Shown here: piece by piece, positions 58,801-64,000 of the stretch
Layout of the letters: every line of letters starts with the position of its first letter
How positions within the stretch are numbered: the stretch's first letter is position 1
Assembly (NCBI GenBank): GCA_012295275.1
Contig: CM022677.1
Location: forward strand, 1,302,001 to 1,366,000
Length of the DNA stretch: 64,000 nt
Source of the DNA: Chrysomallon squamiferum
Lineage: Eukaryota > Animalia > Mollusca
Direction of reading: 5' to 3'
Made by a program: the position numbers and the translations under genes
Notes under the pieces: model-generated
Told to the model about the DNA's origin: nothing
What the model saw: only the letters and a program-made list of their open reading frames with translations
Database searches by the model: none

Positions 58801-60620
58801 AGTTAAATTATATTTTAAAATCGACTCTGAGAGGAAAAAGATTTGCCTTGATAACATTTGACAAATACTTTATTTTCCCAGACACCAAACTTACTGAGTA
58901 TAAAACTGATGAGAAACAAGTTATGCAGATTTTAACAGAGGTGGCCGTAGCTCGCAGAGAGGCAGAAATAGTATGTATATTATAAAATAGTATGTGTATT
59001 TAAACTTGTATTATAAAATAGTATGTGTATTTAAACTTGTATTATAAAATAGTATGTGTATTTAAACTTGTATTATAAAATAGTATTTGTATTTAAACTT
59101 GTATTATAAAATAGTATGTGTATTTAAACTTGTATTATAAAATAGTATGTGTATTTAAACTTGTATTATAAAATAGTATGTGTATTTATACTTGTATTAT
59201 AAAATAGTATGTGTATTTAAACTTGTATTATAAAATAGTATGTGTATTTAAACTTGTATTATAAAATAGTATGTGTATTTAAACTTGTATTATAAAATAG
59301 TATGTGTATTTAAACTTGTATTATAAAATAGTATGTGTATTTAAACTTGTATTATAAAATAGTATGTATATTATAAATTGCTTTATAAAAGAGTGTATTT
59401 AAAATAGTATGTATATTTAAACTTGTTTTTTAAAATAGGTATATTTAAACTTGTATTATAAAACAATATATATATTTAAACAAGTGTTATAAGATAGTTT
59501 TGATGGTTATGAAATCGTTTCTGTATAAAGTATTGTTCACATTATATTGGTGATATCTTAAAATATATGATTTAAATTACACACTTTGATATTGACATAT
59601 TTGAAAATGTTTACTATGTTTTTCTTTAAGGTAACAGAATGACAGTATTTTGTGAAATCATTTAACAGTTGTAAAATTAAGATACTGTGAAATGTGTGTT
59701 CTGTACAGTGTTCCAAGTAAAAAAAAAATTGTGTCTACATTAGAAGAAGCTTCCTATTTAAACAGCTGTCTGTGCTAGGAATGAAGTAAACACATGTTTG
59801 ATAAGCTTGCAAACATTATTAAAAATACTAGTTAAACTAGGAAGTTGTAGCATTATTACCTAAATTAAGTAATTAAATGTTAGTTTTCTAAGTTGTTATG
59901 AAACAATCATGTCTGTAAATTTTTAATTGACAGAAACTGGATGAAGAAGATTTTGGAGAGAAGAAGATGATCAATAAAAGAAAAAGACTGATCCTGGAGG
60001 GCAAGGTTAATGTTATTTTTACTGTGTTCTGTTCACATACGTCAGTTTAAAATATTATATTTTACTGTTAAACTTTCATTAGTTAATTAATATCACACCA
60101 TCTTAATGTTTTGTGTGTGTGTGTGTGTGTGTGTCAGAGTGCTTTATATAATTTCTAACTGACAGTGTTTAAATTTATATCAGCTTTTATGGAGTTGTCT
60201 TGATAATTAATGAAGTTTTAAGTCAAGATTTAGTATCAGGATGAAATTTCATAGAGTGTTAGATGTGTGAGATTTAGCTGCATTGCAAGTACTAACACAT
60301 TCATTGCTTACGTACTGGAAGGAGTTTGTAAATACTAAATCCTAAAAGTGTAAATGAAATATCCAGTATACATAAAGATAAGTGTTTTTAAAATAATTTC
60401 GTTTTACGAGGTTCTTCAATTTTAGGTTTTAGAATTACAGAAATTTCTAAAATTAAGGACTAAATTAAACATGTCTTTAAGCATGGGCACATTTATGTTT
60501 CAGCATCCTGACAAAGAAGAAGAGAAAGCCAAGCAATCAAAAGAAGAAAGAAATAAAAAATACAGGGACAAGTTTATAGGAAAGAAGAAGAAAAAGAAGA
60601 AAAATTATTTAAAAATTTAA
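52627..60620 (+). CDS. DDX49: DEAD-box RNA helicase DDX49/Dbp8, complete 12-exon CDS (join 52627-52741,53679-53802,54236-54321,55017-55138,55564-55742,56248-56388,57058-57210,58071-58168,58490-58564,58882-58970,59934-60005,60504-60620), 1371 nt, 456 aa
   Basis: All introns are GT..AG with consistent phases. Motifs: Q (F..LGL..PTPIQ), [61 protein letters not shown]49-typical [23 protein letters not shown] and C-terminal ARREAEIKLDE.DFGEKK.INKRK.LILEGK. Confidence 0.95.
53679..53802 (+). CDS. DDX49: DDX49 exon 2 (Walker A)
   Basis: TTCAG acceptor; [41 protein letters not shown]; GTGTGA donor. Confidence 0.95.
54236..54321 (+). CDS. DDX49: DDX49 exon 3
   Basis: [28 protein letters not shown]; TTCAG acceptor, GTGAGT donor. 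Confidence 0.95.
55017..55138 (+). CDS. DDX49: DDX49 exon 4
   Basis: [41 protein letters not shown]; TTGCAG acceptor, GTGAGG donor. Confidence 0.95.
55564..55742 (+). CDS. DDX49: DDX49 exon 5 (DEAD and SAT motifs)
   Basis: [59 protein letters not shown]; GTAAAT donor. Confidence 0.95.
56248..56388 (+). CDS. DDX49: DDX49 exon 6
   Basis: [46 protein letters not shown]; TTCCAG acceptor, CAA|GTACAA donor. Confidence 0.92.
56871..57112 (+). repeat. 81-nt tandem triplication spanning the DDX49 intron 6/exon 7 junction
   Basis: Unit starts at 56871, 56952 and 57033 (CATCAGTGCTGTTTGTGTGTTTCAG|GTACACACAG...CACTGTTGTT). Confidence 0.97.
57058..57210 (+). CDS. DDX49: DDX49 exon 7 (shortest form; alternative in-frame starts at 56896 and 56977)
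   Basis: [51 protein letters not shown]; GTAAAG donor; acceptor present in three tandem copies. Confidence 0.85.
58071..58168 (+). CDS. DDX49: DDX49 exon 8 (motif VI)
   Basis: [32 protein letters not shown]; GACAG acceptor, GTGAAT donor. Confidence 0.95.
58490..58564 (+). CDS. DDX49: DDX49 exon 9
   Basis: [25 protein letters not shown]; ATCAG acceptor, GTGAGT donor. Confidence 0.93.
58882..58970 (+). CDS. DDX49: DDX49 exon 10
   Basis: [29 protein letters not shown]; CCCAG acceptor, GTATGT donor. Confidence 0.93.
58984..59480 (+). repeat. 31-nt minisatellite at the start of DDX49 intron 10
   Basis: Unit AAAATAGTATGTGTATTTAAACTTGTATTAT; 12 full copies plus a partial to ~59370, then degenerate copies. 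Confidence 0.95.
59934..60005 (+). CDS. DDX49: DDX49 exon 11
   Basis: [24 protein letters not shown]; GACAG acceptor, GTTAAT donor. Confidence 0.92.
60504..60620 (+). CDS. DDX49: DDX49 exon 12 (Lys-rich C-terminus, stop)
   Basis: [38 protein letters not shown]; TTTCAG acceptor, phase 0. Confidence 0.82.
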   Translation, partial: HPDKEEEKAKQSKEERNKKYRDKFIGKKKKKKKNYLKI

Positions 60621-60651
60621 GATGTTCAGAAAATATTCTTTAAAGACTGTT

Positions 60652-60688
60652 AATAAACCAATAATTTTGTACATAACAGAAGAATAAA
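60652..60688 (+). terminator. Candidate polyadenylation signals of DDX49
   Basis: AATAAA at 60652 and 60683, followed by GT/T-rich sequence. Confidence 0.5.
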
Positions 60689-61707
60689 ATCAGTGATTTT
60701 ATTTGTATGGCTGTTAAATTTTCTGTTGAGTTGATTGCAGAGTTTCTGTTTCAGTATGTGTGTAGAGTTATCAGTAACTGTAATGTTTGTAAATTATTTA
60801 GAAATTTTAAAGATTTTGTGTGTGTGAAGAGACAGAATACAATTTAATGTTTTTTCTGCTTTATTTCACTGTTATTTGTTACACACAGACTATTCAAAAC
60901 ATTGTGAAGTTTGAAGCCATTTACAGACAGCTAAACACATACGAACAGACTGGCATATATGTATGTGTATACTGAACAACAACAACAAAACACTTCTGAT
61001 TTGTATATGCAGTATTTCTTGTGTTAAAGAATTCATCGTGTAGTGAAAATATACAAGTAGTATTAGCCTTGAGCCGTATTATCAGCATTCATGAATTTTA
61101 TCTATTATTTTTTGCACTGTTAATCATCAACAACGTGAAACTCATTTTGACATAGCCGGTGTAGTATTCGGTCTATTTGTTTTACTAGTCTTACTGACTC
61201 TGTTGTCAAGTGAAGGAAATAAATAATTAAATAAATAAATAAACAACAACAACAACAGAAAACAACAATAATAATAACAATAATAATAACAATAGCTGTA
61301 GCAGTAGCAAATAAAGAAACAAGAGGCCAAGCCGAGTTGAGCTGAAACAGGTTTCCATGGCATCGCTGAGATGAAAGTTTGAAAACTGGGTATCGGAACT
61401 CCCTACCGATGTCAGTGTCACGGAAAACCTGTTAGTCTTTGCTCTTGTTGTTGTTGTTGTACTGAAAGAAAGCAACAACAAACAACAACAACAAAAAGAA
61501 GAAGAAAAAAGGCAGAGTACGTGTGTCTACGGCGATCGCTTCGTTGCTTAACTTCGGTGACCGACGATAAAATAAAATAAAATAAAATAAAATAAAATAA
61601 AATAAAATAAAATAAAATAAATAAATAAATAAATAAATAATAATAAGAACAAAAAAATATGACGAGAGAAAAGGAAAAAAGTCGTCGGGTTTCATACGTC
61701 CACTTTC

Positions 61708-61738
<31 letters not shown>

Positions 61739-61900
61739 TATTATTATTATTATTATTATTACAGCGAAACTGACATCGATAGCCAGTAGCGAGACCTTTT
61801 CCACTCGACTTGGCGATCCCATTATTATTATTTTTTTTATTTTTTTTTTATTATTATTATTGTTGTTGTTGTTGTTGTTGTTACTATTATTATTATGAGT

Positions 61901-63030
61901 ATTATTGCCATCGTTATCGTTGTCGTTATTCAGCGCGCGCAATAAGAACAAAGATAAATAGACGTCGGTTCGTCTTTTTTTTCTTTTCATTTTTTTTAAT
62001 TTTTAATTTTCAGGCACTACCGGACAATTCGCCAGTTGCCTCATTTATTCACGAATAACCTACCCATTTACGATTGACCACGTTCTCTTTGAATATTAAA
62101 AATTATTTTATGTACAGTAAGCTGTTACTGCTTGTTTTATGATATAATATATATTCGTGCATGTCTGTATTGTTGTTGTCATTTGTATTTAGTGTTTACT
62201 GTTTCGAATGAATATAACGAAAAATTAAAATTAAAATTAAAATTAAAAAAATAAATAGATGGGCAAATTGTTTTCACTGAAACCATAAATTTGTAAAAAT
62301 GTGTGGCAGACATTAAATTTTGTCTTAATTGAAAATAACGACGATTACGATTTAAATTATAAAATGATCAGACATGTTGTTGTTGCGGTTAGTCAGAAAA
62401 CATCTTTACGAATGGAAGATTGAGCCCACTCCACAATGTGCCTAGTACCGTGCGTCGGTACCGTGAACTCAGTCTTCCATGTTTTTTTTTCACTGCAACA
62501 CAACTAACTCATTTATTAAACGTTTTGGACAAAAAAAACAACAACTTTTTGGCAGAACCAAGTTCAAACTAAATTCCGTATAGAATGATTTTTGGAATCA
62601 AGCACACAAACGTGGCGGCAACTTTGCATCGAATTTAGAGATTATTTTTCTCTGGTAATTTCGACGAGTACACGAAACGAGAATTATTAGAGGGAGATAA
62701 GCCGAGTAAGGAAATGAAGGCGGTGACAGTGGACGGATGAAACCCGATGTCTTTTTTCCTTTTCTCTCGTCATATATATATATATATATATTATATTTAT
62801 TTTTCTTTTTTTATTTTTTTTTTTTTTTTTTTTTTTTTTATTTATTTTTTTGCAGTGACCGTGTTGTGTATGTTTGATTGTGTGTGTACGTATGTTGTTT
62901 CAGCTCGCGCCTGTGTGTGTGTGCGTGTGCGTGTGAGCGCGTGCCGGTTTGAAAAAGGTATCTTCCAACGTAAAATTGAATTGCGAGATCACGACGGCGC
63001 GATAATTAATGTATTTTCATTTCGATTTTA

Positions 63031-63093
<63 letters not shown>

Positions 63094-64000
63094 GCCATCG
63101 TTATCGTTGTCGTTATTCAGCGCACGCAATAAGAAGAACGAAGATAAATAGACGTCGGTTCGTCTTTTTTTTTTTTTTTTTTTCTTTCTTTCTTTTAAAT
63201 TTTCAGTCACTGCCCGACAATTCTGCAGTTGCCTCATCTATTGACGAATAACCTACCCATTTACAATTGACCAGGTTCACTTTGAACATTAAATATTATT
63301 AAATTCTGTCTTAATTGAAAATAACGACGATTACGATTTAATTTATGAAATGATCAGACACGTTGTTGTTGTTGTTGCAGCAGTTAGTCAGAAAACATCT
63401 TTACGAATGGAAGATTGAACCCACTCCACAGACGGCAGTGTATGTTTGATTGTGTGCGTCGGTACCGGGGACTCAGTCTTCCATGCGTATTTTTCACCGC
63501 AGCAAAACTAACTCATTTATTAAACGTTTTGGACAAAAAAACACAACAACTTTTTGGCAGAACCAAGTTCAAACTAATTCCGTATAGAATGATTTTTGGA
63601 ATCAAGCACACAAACGTGGCGGCAACTTTGCATCGAATTTAGAGATTATTTTTCTCTGGTAATTTCGACGAGTACACGAAACGAGAATTATTAGAGGGAG
63701 ATAAGCCGAGTAAGGAAATGAAGGCGGTGACAGTGGACGGATGAAACCCGATGTCTTTTTTCCTTTTCTCTCGTCATACATATATATATATATTTTTCTT
63801 TATTTATTCTTATTTTAATTTTTTTTTTTTTTTTTTATTTATTTTTTTGCAGTGACCGTGTTGTGTATGTTTGATTGTGTGTGTACGTATGTTGTTTCAG
63901 CTCGCGCCTGTGCGTGTGTGTGTGCGTGTGCGTGTGTGCGCGTGCCGGTTTGAAAAAGGTATCTTCCAACGTAAAATTGAATTGCGAGATCACGACGGCG
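61901..64000. repeat. ~1.0-1.2 kb tandem duplication (at least 2 copies, truncated by window edge)
   Basis: 61904 aligns with 63091 (ATTGCCATCGTTATCGTTGTCG) and 62999 with 64000 (GAGATCACGACGGCG). The first copy carries ~190 extra bp at ~62100-62310. Distal halves are nearly identical. Confidence 0.92.

Overview
AT-rich, microsatellite-dense eukaryotic DNA from an invertebrate animal (plausibly a mollusc; this is an inference from repeat content and intron-rich gene structure). Two protein-coding genes are supported, arranged head-to-head about 31.7 kb apart. On the minus strand is the first coding exon of a RasGRF-type Ras exchange factor (N-terminal PH domain, 20683-20955); no further exon was recognisable, so its intron appears to run off the left edge. 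On the plus strand is a complete 12-exon DDX49/Dbp8 DEAD-box helicase (52627-60620, 456 aa using the last exon-7 acceptor). The rest holds DNA transposon relics (a 2.9-kb long-TIR Academ-like element, and a Tc2-like MITE nested in a pogo/Tigger-like MITE), two tRNA-SINE copies, several minisatellites and a ~1-kb tandem/foldback repeat at the right edge. The most unusual signal is that three DDX49 splice junctions are locally tandem-duplicated. The exon-7 acceptor is triplicated as an in-frame 81-nt GT..AG unit that could be removed by recursive splicing, the exon-7 donor is duplicated, and the exon-10 donor is amplified into a 31-nt minisatellite. Twelve full CRE palindromes also surround the RasGRF start. 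Almost all ORF-track entries are microsatellite artefacts.
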